DNA of 63,324 nucleotides, filler included, from Octopus bimaculoides (Eukaryota): the NCBI RefSeq assembly GCF_001194135.2. It is 5 parts of 5 records of this genome, joined end to end, with 100 filler letters (N's around TTAATTAATTAA, not from the genome) between each part and the next. Parts side by side here need not be neighbours in the genome. Positions count along the whole stretch, not along the records: positions 1 to 30,505 come from NC_068991.1; positions 30,606 to 39,747 come from NC_068982.1; 3 more parts are not named here. The stretch is one strand, 5' to 3'. Below, in pieces: positions 26,137 through 38,184 of the stretch. How positions within the stretch are numbered: the first letter of the stretch is position 1; each line of letters starts with the position of its first letter. Under the pieces are notes generated by a model, which worked only from the letters and a program-made list of their open reading frames with translations, ran no database searches and was not told the origin of the DNA. The translations under genes and the position numbers were made by a program.

Positions 26137-26629
26137 TCTTTTATCGGTATCGAATCGGTGGTAAAATGTTCGGTCTCCATCTGGTGGATCTTGTGCTCTG
26201 CACTGGTGTCTGAGGTGTGTTGTTGGGCTGCTGGTGGGTGGTTGGCGCCCGTTGGGGGTGATGATTCTGCCAGCTTCGGACATTTTCGGTAGGCGTGTCG
26301 TAGACATAACTTATACCGGTCTGTGGAGGATAACACCACCTCACCCAAAGTTATGCCAATAGAGTTTTGTTCCGGAACCTTGTGTTTACAAAATTAACTG
26401 ACTATGAGGTTTTCTTCTCCACTCTCTACCCCCGCCAGTTGTAGAAGGTTCTGTGCCTCAGGTCATTTCAATCTGATGAGTCACTTATACAGCTAAACGC
26501 TTTATATGCACATACAAGTCATATGGTTACCTAAAGCTGCAAGTGCCTGATCCAAATTTATTGCAGGTATGGAAATTAAATGACCGCACATTTTGACCTT
26601 GTTTTTTTTTAAATTATAGATTAATGTAT

Positions 26630-26930
26630 TCATCATCATCATCGTCGTTGTTTAACGTCCGCTTTCCATGGGTTGGACGATTTGACTGAGGACTGGTGAA
26701 ACCCGATGGCTACACCAGGCTCCAATCTGATTTGGCAGAGTTTCTACAGCTGGATGCCCTTCCTAACGCCAACCACTCCGAGAGTGTAGTGGGTGCTTTT
26801 ACGTGTCACTGGAACGAAGGCCAGTCAGGCGATACTGGCAACGGCCACGCTCAAAATGGTGTATTTTATGTGCCACCCGCACAAGAGCCAGTCCAGGGGC
26901 ACTAGCAACAATCTCGCTCGAAAGTTCTTA
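26630..26930. mobile_element. Interspersed repeat with a (CAT)n end, RTE-associated type (shorter copy near 49770-49885)
   Basis: catcatcatcg..tttaacgtccgctttccatg...ggatgcccttcctaacgccaacc. A related start occurs at 49770. Confidence 0.5.
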
Positions 26931-27083
26931 NNNNNNNNNNNNNNNNNNNNNNNNNNNNNNNNNNNNNNNNNNNNNNNNNNNNNNNNNNNNNNNNNNNNNN
27001 NNNNNNNNNNNNNNNNNNNNNNNNNNNNNNNNNNNNNNNNNNNNNNNNNNNNNNNNNNNNNNNNNNNNNNNNNNNNNNNNNNN

Positions 27084-27184
<101 letters not shown>

Positions 27185-27439
27185 TAATAATAATACTTCC
27201 ACCAGCAATCCAAATAACCAATGCCTTTACACACTCAACACACAATACAAGCAGTAATACAACAAAAGACTGCACCACACCTCAAGAGAAAAAAAAACTA
27301 ACGCAATACAATACCAGGAAGAGTTTGCGCACTCCTAGTAACAGAAAAGAACACAATGCTGCATACATTGGAGGTGTAGCAGGTGATGCAATAGAAATTT
27401 GCTTCAAACTACCAAATGTTGAACATATAACAACAACAA

Positions 27440-28240
27440 CAACAACAATATGAGAACTAATAGAGAAAAGACCATCGAATGGAAAGAAAATGTCCTTCAT
27501 GGAAAGTTTTTTTTCAACAAATAGTGGATGAAGCTGATGAAGAATCCTGGATATGGTTAAGATATGCTTTGTTTTTATTCATTTTTTTTTAAGGAGACAG
27601 AAGGACTGATTCTTGCTGGTCAAGAACAAGCTTTACGTACTGATTCAATCAAGTGTAGCATTGATAAAACAGTAGCATCACCTTTGTGTAGACTATGTGG
27701 GAAAATCATCTGAGACAGTTAGACATATAATTAGTGGATGCTCAAAAATTACCCAAAAGGAGTTTTTAAAAAATGCCATCACAAAGTGGTAGTGTGAATA
27801 CACTGGGAGTTGTGCAAAAGGTATGGCCTAGAATGTTCTAAGTGGTATGAGAATCAACCTTTGTCAGTAGGAGAGAATGATCAAGTGAAACTCATGGGAT
27901 ACGCTAATACACGAAGACAAAAAACTGCTACGTAACCGACCAGATATCACACTGCTACTGAAGGAGTCCAAAGAATGGACCAGCATCAACGAAGCTATAC
28001 TTGCAGACCAAAATGTTAAGACAGAGGATGAGGAAGTCGGGAAGTACGAAAAATTAGGATTGGAAGTGAAAAGAATCCATAGAGCCTCAAAAGGGAGCCT
28101 GATGATATTGTGATCAGTGCACTTGGGTCATTTCAAAAAGAGAAATATTTTGGTCCCCAAAACTGAAAATACCAAACTTCGTAGGAAGTATTCAGGACAG
28201 TTCATGTGTTGAGGAAAGTGTTGCATCTCCAAGCTGTGGG
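27440..28240 (+). mobile_element. R4/Dong-type (restriction-like endonuclease) LINE 3' fragment
   Basis: LHGKF..KETEGLILAGQEQALRT..CRLCGK..ETVRHIISGC..IHWELCKRYG..WYENQP..NRPDI..KYEKL, with stops and frameshifts. Confidence 0.85.
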
Positions 28241-28289
28241 ATGACATAGACATAGATAAATCAGATGTTAAGTAAATAAAAATAATTAT

Positions 28290-28833
28290 TATTATAACCC
28301 TTTCTACTAAAGGCACAAGGCCTGAAACTTTGGGAGAGGGGCCTACTCGATTACATCAACCCCAATGTTTCGTTGGTACTTAATTTATCGACCCCGAAAG
28401 GATGAAATGCAAAGTCGACCTCAGCGGAATTTGAACTCAGAACATAAAGACAGGCGAAATGCCGCTTAGCATTCCGCCCAGTGTACTAATAATAACAACA
28501 ACAGCAGCAGCAGTAGCAGCAGCAGCAACAGTAGTAGTAGTAGTTGTAGGCCTTTCTACTATAGGCGTAAGGTCTGAAATTGAGGGAGGGAGATAATCGA
28601 TTATTTTATCAACCCCGAAGGAAAAGATGAAAGTCGATAACGATGGAGTTCGACCTCAGAATGTAAAGTTGATAAAATGCCACTAAGCATTTTGTCCGGT
28701 GTGCTAACTATTTTGCTAGCTCCCCACTTTAATGATAATGATGATGATGATGATGATGATGATGACAATGACGATGACGATGATGATGATTACGATGACA
28801 ATGATGATGATAATGATGATGATGATAATAATA

Positions 28834-28895
<62 letters not shown>

Positions 28896-29335
28896 TGATG
28901 ATGATGATGGTGATTTCAAGTTTTGGCACACGGCTAGGAATTTCGGGGAGAGGTTAAGTCAATTACATTGCCCCCAATACTCAACAGGTACTTATTTCAT
29001 CGACCTGAACGGATGAAAGGCAAAGTCGACCATGGTGATATTTGAACTCACGATGTAACTAAGCCACTAAGCATTTCACCCAGTGTGCTAATGATTCGGC
29101 CAGCTTGCCATCTTCATTTAAATGAAATATTCCTTTTTACTATAGGCACAAAACGTAACATTTTATAGGAGGGGCAAGTCGATTACATCCACCCTAGTAC
29201 TTGACTGGTGCTTATTTCATTGACCTTGAAAGGATGAAAGGCAGAGTTGATTTCGGTTGAATTTGAACTCTGATCGTAAAGCCGAAGAAATGCTGCTAAG
29301 CATGTTGTCCGGAGTGCTAACGATTTTGCCGTTCC
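28290..29335 (-). mobile_element. Four same-orientation SINE family A copies separated by triplet repeats
   Basis: Copies near 28290-28490, 28555-28720, 28915-29110 and 29155-29335. Confidence 0.8.
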
Positions 29336-29394
29336 AAGCAGCGCGGCCAGTAGTATGCCCATGATCTCAGATATTGCATCCAGATTCTTTGACT

Positions 29395-29436
29395 CCTGTG
29401 CTGATGAAGGTGTAGCGCCTCTGAACTGCGGGCAGG
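29395..29436 (+). ncRNA. Degenerate hammerhead-like motif
   Basis: CCTGTG-CTGATGA-A-GGTG tag CGCC-tctGAA-CTGCGG-GCAGG. Stems I and II are recognisable, but GAAA and the cleavage site are damaged. Confidence 0.3.
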
Positions 29437-30151
29437 AGGTGAGGCATTATTACATTCAACCGATCGTAAAAGATCGATGAATTAGAAAACAACAACAACA
29501 ATGATAATGGTGATGATAGATGATGATAACGATGACAGTGGTGGTGATGATGACGATGACGATGTCGGTGATGACGTTAATGGTGAGGGTGATGAGGACT
29601 ACGATAACGATAACGATGTTGATGATGATGATGATGATGGTAATCTTCCAGTTTAGAGAGGTAAAAAAGTAAATAAAAATACAAGGGAAATAACTTAACG
29701 TCTTATTAGTATTATCCGTACTCTCCTCACCCCACCCGTTCACAGCAAGTTGTTTTACACCTGTTACACTATTTTTCTTTTTAATTTTTGAGCTCGTTTC
29801 AAACGCTTTAGTTTGACCGTTATTTCCCTATACTGGAAGATTACCATAAGTTGTTGTGCAGCCGGTACTATGATATTCAATCACGTGTGTGATTTATTTA
29901 TAAACAGCTAAAAGAAAAAACACATTTCAGAGTAGTACGGATAATACTAGTAAGACGTTAAGTTATTTCCCTTGTATTTTTATTTACTTTTCTACCTTCA
30001 TAAACTGGAAGATTACCGATGATGATTATGATTATGATGGTGATGATGGTTATGGTATTGTATAGTGCTCAAAAGCATAATAACCATATATAAGTAGGAT
30101 GTAGTCGATTCTGTGTATCTAGTTATTCACATTTCGAAGTATATAATTATT

Positions 30152-30441
30152 CAGTTCTATATTTAAGAGATGAGAAATTATTTACATTATTTACATTATC
30201 TACATTTGACGGATATTCGTCCTCATCTTGTTTGTTGTTAACACAACGTTTCGGCTGATATACCCTCCAGCCTTCGTCAGGTGTCTTGGGGAAATTTCGA
30301 ACCTGGGTTCTCATTCCTATCGATGTTACTATTATTATTATTATTATTATTATTATATTATTATTATTAACCAATGAATCGAACTCGGAACCTTGGGGTT
30401 AGTAGCCCGCGCTCTTAACCACTACGCCATATGCCCGTGGG
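30152..30441 (-). mobile_element. Family C element: tRNA head + (TAA)n + hammerhead-bearing PLE-type tail
   Basis: Head GGGCATATGGCGTAGTGGTTAAGAGCGCGGGCTACTAACCCCAAGGTTCCGAGTTCGATTC has A and B boxes. Homologous copies at 49450-49770 and 61516-61793. Confidence 0.8.
30240..30285 (-). ncRNA. Minimal type-I hammerhead ribozyme, intact core
   Basis: GACAC-CUGACGA-A-GGCUG gaggguauau CAGCC-GAAA-CG-UU-GUGUU. Stem I GACAC/GUGUU, 5-bp stem II, palindromic ACGU in place of stem III. Confidence 0.7.
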
Positions 30442-30789
30442 CAATTATGGGGTGAATTTTAAGGCTTATAAATCTATTATTTTTCTATCCTTCCTCAATA
30501 CCGGTNNNNNNNNNNNNNNNNNNNNNNNNNNNNNNNNNNNNNNNNNNNNTTAATTAATTAANNNNNNNNNNNNNNNNNNNNNNNNNNNNNNNNNNNNNNN
30601 NNNNNGTTACATGGTTAAAGTATATATTTAAATTATGTCAGAAAAATGTTAGAAAGATGTTAGAAAAATGTTATAAAATCTTTTTGGTATATAAACATTG
30701 TATTTTGAGAAATAACCGGTTTCGTGTTGTCTTTTCAAATTTCTCTACTTCATTGTAACGTGTTCGCTCATAGATGCATACACACATAC

Positions 30790-30960
30790 ATACGACAGGT
30801 ATCCAAACAATTTCCTTTTACTATATTTCACCTACAAGGTATTTGACAAACCCGAGACTATGGTATAAACACTTGCCGAAAGTGCTGCGCACTGGAATCG
30901 AACCCTGGAATCACTTATTGGAAAATCTAACTTTTAACCACAGAGCCGTGCCTGCGCATC
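30790..30960 (-). mobile_element. Diverged SINE family B 5' part
   Basis: Reverse of gcgcaggcacggctctgtggttaaaag...gggttcgattccagtgcgcagcactttcggcaagtgttt. Confidence 0.65.
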
Positions 30961-31548
30961 TTTTTTTATGGCAAACAAATAAAAAGGAGGAAAAAAACAA
31001 TAACAACAAACAAGACATTCGAAAATAAACTGTTTCTTTCAGTTGAACCATAAATATTTTCTCATCACAGACATTAGAAACAATGAATATTTGCCCCACC
31101 TAAATAAAAAATATTCGATAAAGCTCCAGGCTTTAACAAATTTTTCAGGCAAATTATTTTGAAAATATAATTAACAGGCTACTCGAATAATTAAGCAATT
31201 AATAAAACAATTTAAATAATTTATCCCATTAAACGACAGATAGTTTATAGGAAAATACTTTATGCAGGGTAGTAATTTTATGCGACAATATAAAAGGCAA
31301 TAACAACAATACTTGAAAATGTAGCAATTAAATGCAAGATTTCTAAAAATATGGATTGTAACAAAGGCTGCAAGTTGGGATAGCAACCCATCCCTGTAAG
31401 ATACACACGTGTAAGAGAAGCTGATGACTCAAGAAGATGATATGTAGGGTTGAGTAAACCTCATCTAATTTGGTGGATAAATGGAAGAAAGCAGCCGATC
31501 TTTCAAACCCTCTCTATTTTTCAGAATATATGCATCTATGTATGCATT

Positions 31549-31579
<31 letters not shown>

Positions 31580-31584
31580 CTTCC

Positions 31585-31818
31585 TTTACTTGTTTCAGTT
31601 ATTTGACTGCGGCCATGCAGTCAAATGAAGGGTTTTTAGTCGAACAAATCTTCCCCAGGACTTATTCTTATTTAAAGCCAACTACTTACTCTATCGGCTC
31701 TTTTGCCGAACCGCTATTTCACGGCGATGTAAACACATCAACACCGGTTGTTAAGCAGTGGTCGGGGACAAACACAGACACAAAGTCACACACTCACACA
31801 CACACAGACACAAAGACA

Positions 31819-31856
<38 letters not shown>

Positions 31857-32183
31857 NNNNNNNNNNNNNNNNNNNNNNNNNNNNNNNNNNNNNNNNNNNN
31901 NNNNNNNNNNNNNNNNNNNNNNNNNNNNNNNNNNNNNNNNNNNNNNNNNNNNNNNNNNNNNNNNNNNNNNNNNNNNNNNNNNNNNNNNNNNNNNNNNNNN
32001 NNNNNNNNNNNNNNNNNNNNNNNNNNNNNNNNNNNNNNNNNNNNNNNNNNNNNNNNNNNNNNNNNNNNNNNNNNNNNNNNNNNNNNNNNNNNNNNNNNNN
32101 NNNNNNNNNNNNNNNNNNNNNNNNNNNNNNNNNNNNNNNNNNNNNNNNNNNNNNNNNNNNNNNNNNNNNNNNNNNNNNNNNNN

Positions 32184-32223
<40 letters not shown>

Positions 32224-32262
32224 ATGAGCGTCTTTCAGTTTCACTCTACCAAATCCACTCAC
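31585..32262 (-). mobile_element. SINE family B spanning an N gap
   Basis: 3' half at 31585-31830 and the ctttcagtttc..ctaccaaatccactca segment after the gap. Confidence 0.65.
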
Positions 32263-32289
32263 TAGGTTTTGTGTGTGTGTTTAAGTATA

Positions 32290-32491
32290 CAAGGGGTGCT
32301 GAAAAGTGTCACGAAAGGCCTAGTTGGAGACCCAACCCTCCGAGTTCTTTTACAGGCCTTAAAAAACTGTAGGACCTCTGCAATAAGTGTATGAATCTGA
32401 GAGGGGAATATGTTAGATAAAATCATAATTAAGTGATCCGCCTGTATTTTCTTTTGCCCAAAGCCAGGAACTTTTCAGCGCCCCACCCTCG
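32290..32491 (+). mobile_element. Mariner deletion derivative (MITE)
   Basis: TA-flanked TIR-like ends CAAGGGGTGCTGAAAAGT / ACTTTTCAGCGCCCCACCCTCG. Internal sequence encodes a NKCMNLRGEYVR* mariner C-terminus. Confidence 0.7.
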
Positions 32492-32644
32492 TATGTATAA
32501 ATCTATATCTATATCTTTTTCTATGTATGTATGTATGCATGCATGTATGTATGCATGTATGTATGTATGTATGTATGCATGTATGTATGTATGTATGTAT
32601 GTATGTATGTATGTATGTATACGAATTTGCGAGTATGTCTGCTT

Positions 32645-32795
32645 GTGGAGAAATGTGGCCGAGTGGCTACGCTGTGAGGCTCACGATCATAAGGTATGGG
32701 TTTGATTTCTGAATCAGATGGTGCATTGTACCCTTGAGCAAGGCTCTTCATTTCACGTCACTTCAATCTATTCAGTTGGAAATGATTACTAGCGG
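32645..32795 (+). mobile_element. tRNA-derived SINE (family D) 5' part
   Basis: gtggccgagtggctacg (A box), gggtttgatttc (B box), then gtacccttgagcaaggc..ttcatttcacgt. Confidence 0.6.
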
Positions 32796-33039
32796 AAAAT
32801 TGCTGTACTGATGACATTCAGAAACAAGTGTCCAACCCTTCGAACAATACACCTGTCTTTTTTCTCAATAGCAAACCAAATTGAGATTGTCTCCCCTTCT
32901 AAGTGGAACCGGTCTTAATTGCCATTCGGTAATTATGATACTTCGTCTAAGGGCGGAGGTAATTTTAATAAATCAAGAATTTATGTTGTATGATATTAAA
33001 TATACCTGTATTTGATCATGTTATCCAAATACACTGTCC

Positions 33040-33260
33040 TGCTCACTCTGATTTATTCCTCTTAGCTCATTTTTGTTTAAATTATGCGAATTACTTGGGC
33101 CATAGATGTTTTCTACTCTTATAAGTCTCAGTCTCATTGCTACAAGAGATAAGTCGAGCAATGTTGTGCTATTGAACCAGAAACATGTATCCACGACTGT
33201 CACCTTATCTCCAGACAATAAAAAGCGCCTTTTCCTCAATGGGATGTCGCTGTGGAGACT
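33040..33260 (-). mobile_element. Probable L1/Tx1 AP-endonuclease fragment
   Basis: LLDLSLVAMRLRLIRVENIYGPSN resembles the APE xRLIxVYxP strand. Confidence 0.4.
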
Positions 33261-33311
33261 ACTTCACTATTGAGATTGCTTCCCTTTCTCAAGTGCAGCT
33301 GGTCCTAATAG

Positions 33312-33347
<36 letters not shown>

Positions 33348-33448
33348 ACACAGACTCACACACACAGACTCACACACACAGACTCACACACACACATACA
33401 AACTCACACACGTGCGCACACACAGATGTACACGCACACGTATGTATG

Positions 33449-33482
<34 letters not shown>

Positions 33483-33503
33483 TGTATGTATGTATGTGTC
33501 TGT

Positions 33504-33572
<69 letters not shown>

Positions 33573-34704
33573 GTTTTTCTATGTACGAAGAGAGTAAAAA
33601 GATCTATTCGCCTTTGGTTAAAGTTCCACAACAAAAGGTTAAAAACAGCTGTTGTGTAATAATTTAAAATTCATCCTAGTTTTTTTTTCTTAAATACAAA
33701 CTGTGTTGTGCACAAATATTTTTAATATATATATGATATATATGTCTATCTATGTATGTATATATGTATGTATGTATGCACGCATGTATGTATGCATGCA
33801 TGTATGTATGTATATATGTATGTATGTATGTATGTATATTTACACACACACGTGTATACACATATTCCTTATGCTTCCTCCCTTATTTTCCAATTCTAAC
33901 TCACCCCAATCCTTTCTTATTCCTAAACTCCCCCTACTAAAGTTATATCATACTCACTTAAATGCGTAGAACACATGAATTAGACTCGCCCACAATGCTC
34001 CCTAGGTTTGACAGTACTCGCATACCCAGCATAACTTCTCTTTTTCTCTCTTTAGCTCTCATTTACTCTCTCTGTCTCTGTCTGTCTCACATTTCTAATC
34101 AATATGATATGACGTATACCCGTACTCAGAACTATACAGGCGCCCTCACTCCGATACCACCCCATCTTGCAAACTATGAAACACACCAATCACGTTAATG
34201 ATACTGTTGTCATTAGAGACAGCCAATATTTCGTTGACACGTCATCATATTGGAAATCAGTTTAGTATTCGGAATTAATAATCACTTTAATAGTAGTATT
34301 AAAGAGCGAAACGCATTAGCTCAGTTAAGGGGTGGGGTTAAGTCGTAGTCATGATAGGGTCAGTAGGGGGAGGAGCAAATGTGGTAGTGTCTGTGGTAGT
34401 TGTGGTGGTAGTGTACGGTGGGGTGTACTTCTGGTTGTGGTTGCGGCAGTGTAAGAGGTGCTACGGTGGTTTCTGTGTTGGTGGCTGTGTAGAAGGGGTT
34501 AATACGGGTTGTGGTGTTGGTGGTTGTAGAATAGGAGGAACGATAGTAGTTGTGGTGGTGGTAGTGTAGAGGGAAATGGTTGCGGTGGTGGTGTTAGGAG
34601 GCAGCAAGTGTGGGTTATGGTGGTGGTCGTGGATTAAGGGGAGCAAAAGTAGTTGTAGTGATGGCTCTACTGGTAGTCATGTTAGAGGAATAAGGAAGAA
34701 GCAA

Positions 34705-35130
34705 TAATCTTTTCTACTCTAGGCACAAGGCCCGAAATTTTGGGGGAGGGAGCCAGTCGATTTGATTGATCTCAGGACGCAACTGGTACTTAATTTATCG
34801 ACCCTGAAAGGATGAAAGGCAAAGTCGACCTCGGCGGAATTTGAACTTAGAACGTAAAGACAGACGAAATACCTCTAAGCATTTCGCCCGGCGTGCTAAC
34901 GTTTCTTATTTCTTTATTGCCCACAAGGGGCTAAACATAGACGGGACAAACAAGGACAGACAAAGGGATTAAGTCGATTACATCAACCCCAGTGCGTAAC
35001 TGGTACTTAATTTATCGACCCCGAAAGGATGAAAAGCAAAGTCGACCTCGGCGGAATTTGACCTCAGAACGTAACGGCAGACGAAATACCGCTAAGCATT
35101 TCGCCCGGCGTGTTAACGTTTCGCCGCCTT
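34705..35130 (-). mobile_element. Two tandem SINE family A copies with different 3' tails
   Basis: Both carry the gtcgacctcggcggaattt body. One tail is ggcacaaggcccgaaa, the other tttattgcccacaaggggctaaacatag. Confidence 0.85.
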
Positions 35131-35269
35131 AGGATGGTGTCGGTGGAGATGAACGGGTGTGCAATGGTAGTCTCGGCTGTGAAAGTGATAGTTGATTGAG
35201 TAAAGGGAAATTTATTTAACAGGAAATTTTATTTATATAATAACTTTTGTCAACATTTAAGGTGATAAG

Positions 35270-35308
35270 TATGTAAATGTTTCGCCCGTATTTGATCTCA
35301 TCAGCATA
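35270..35308 (-). ncRNA. Slightly degenerate minimal type-I hammerhead
   Basis: UAUG-CUGAUGA-GAUC aaauac GGGC-GAAA-CAUU-UA-CAUA. Stem I and core are intact. Stem II likely derives from GCCC/GGGC and stem III from the palindrome CAUG. Confidence 0.55.
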
Positions 35309-36463
35309 GCATGGTCTCCTCAGGTATACTTTAATCACTTGAAGTCATGATTTTACAAACACAAAAAGATTTACGAAGCTGTTTCATTGGAAAGACTTCG
35401 AATTTTTTTCCAATGATATATACTTTTTGGAAATTGAAAGAAGATATATGAAATGTGTATGTGTATGTGTGTGTGCGTGCGTGCGTGCTTGTGCGTGTGT
35501 ATGTGAGAGAGAAAGACGGTGAGAAAGATAGAGTGAGCAAGTGAATGTGTGTCATGAGGATTGACGTCTTTTAAGGTACACACACATACATAAAAATGTG
35601 AGGTCATCGTATAAAATTTTTACGATAGTTGATTTATGGAAAAGATTATGTTAAATCTCCTTCAAAACACCCTACTGTCTTAATCCGACAATTTTGCGTA
35701 GTTTGAATGAGAAACTGTAACTAAAGGTTAAGGTTATTAACTCCACAAAGAGGTGAAAGAAGAGAGACAGCATAGCGAAAGTTTTGGCTGACTGTCATCC
35801 TGGACTCCCCTTGTTGCTGCAAATATGCCGGCTGTGTGAGCAACTGGTTGTTTTAATAGCGAAACAGACAAGGGAATTCCATTAGAAAAAGTTTTATTCA
35901 ATTTTCTCGGTAACTAAGGGGGCTAGGAAAGAATACAAACCGCATTCTAATCTATCTATGCACCCGTCTCCACATGTGTGCCATTTTTCACGCGAATCCA
36001 CCTGGCCGTTTGGCTGTGAACCTGAAAACAAAAAGGAATACAACGATCGCCCATGTCCAATTTATATTATATTATATTATATTATATTATATTATANNNN
36101 NNNNNNNNNNNNNNNNNNNNNNNNNNNNNNNNNNNNNNNNNNNNNNNNNNNNNNNNNNNNNNNNNNNNNNNNNNNNNNNNNNNNNNNNNNNNNNNNGACT
36201 GAATGATACTATTTATGATTTGTATTTTTATGTGCTCGAGAGAGGGGTTGGTTCGGGCAGGCTGCTTGGAGGTAAGATAGAATAGGTAAATAGAATTAGA
36301 GTAACAAATGAATAAATTAAATGGAGATGATAGAAGAAATTCCAATATAAAAAATGTAAGGATGGCAAGTACATTTATAAGTTGTAAATAATGTTGAGAA
36401 AATTTGTATATATACAAGTACACACGCACGTATATACACGCATACATACATTCATCTGTACGG

Positions 36464-36526
<63 letters not shown>

Positions 36527-36716
36527 AAGACATTCACATATATTTACACACATATATACATCCACACGCACACACATATCATCACACATACGTGTATACA
36601 TACACACATAACGCATATGCGCGAATACATTAATACGTATGCACATTGACATATATATCTGCATATGCATATACACATATACGCGCACATACATACATAC
36701 ATACATACATACACAC

Positions 36717-36747
<31 letters not shown>

Positions 36748-37158
36748 CACACACACACATATATGTGCTCATATAATGATATCTACACAATATATTGGTG
36801 AGATAAAACATGTAATNNNNNNNNNNNNNNNNNNNNNNNNNNNNNNNNNNNNNNNNNNNNNNNNNNNNNNNNNNNNNNNNNNNNNNNNNNNNNNNNNNNN
36901 NNNNNNNNNNNNNNNNNNNNNNNNNNNNNNNNNNNNNNNNNNNNNNNNNNNNNNNNNNNNNNNNNNNNNNNNNNNNNNNNNNNNNNNNNNNNNNNNNNNN
37001 NNNNNNNNNNNNNNNNNNNNNNNNNNNNNNNNNNNNNNNNNNNNNNNNNNNNNNNNNNNNNNNNNNNNNNNNNNNNNNNNNNNNNNNNNNNNNNNNNNNN
37101 NNNNNNNNNNNNNNNNNNNNNNNNNNNNNNNNNNNNNNNNNNNNNNNNNNNNNNNNNN

Positions 37159-37199
<41 letters not shown>

Positions 37200-37941
37200 C
37201 ACACACACACACGTCTATGCATACACAAAGCCACATATATATAGGCACTCAGACATACAAACATGTACTTATATAGATACATACACGCACACAGACACAA
37301 ACACACACAGACGCACACACATGCACACACACGCACGCACACGCACACACACGCACACACACAAAGTTATTGAGATCACTCATCTTCCAAACCACAGCGC
37401 CCTCTCAATATGCACTTATTCTCTACCGTACGCAATAATGGTTTAATGGATTATAATAAACATATAGCAGTGTATTGAGTACATTCTGTTGTTATAGCAC
37501 CAAATAAACAAAATCCGTGTGTGAGTGTGTGTGTATGCCTGTGTTTGTATGTAACAAATACATAACATGTATAAGTATGTAACACATATAGTCGTGCATA
37601 TGTATTTGTATGAGTGCATGGTGCGGGAGGAGGTGAAACGTAGAGACATTGAGAGGGAGATTGGTAGAGAGTGGCTACTCAGAGTGCAAGAGAGTTGAAG
37701 CAGGAGATGGGTACATAGAAAGTAAGTGAGGGTTTCGAGTGTTAGAGAGTGAGTGGGTGGAGAAAAGGGAGGGCGGTCGGAGGTAGAGTAATAACGGCGA
37801 ACAGGAGAGATGAGTGATGAAGATAGATAATGTATGTGTATGTGTGTGTGTGTGTGTGTGTGTATGAGAGAGAAAAAGAGAGAGAGAGAGACAGTAAGAC
37901 AGATAGTAAAGGAGATAGTTAGAGAGAGAGAGAGAGTGAGT

Positions 37942-37987
<46 letters not shown>

Positions 37988-38184
37988 AAGAAGGGAGAGA
38001 CTACACACTCAGAGAAAGATCCTGGGTATATGTGAGTGGTTTGAAAAGACAGGGTGAGACAATAAATAAATAAAAGGTGAAAGATCAAGAAAAAGGGAGG
38101 GAGTAGAGGTGAGAGGTAGTTAGAGAGCAAAGATATAAGATATAATGAAGCTATCCGGTATAGGTGAGAAAGTGGGAGAGAGAG

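Noticed and set aside
30550-30561. TTAATTAATTAA centred in N runs (also near 39792, 49195 and 60915)
   Set aside because: Identical 12-mer with matching N padding each time and stops in all six frames: an artificial scaffolding linker.
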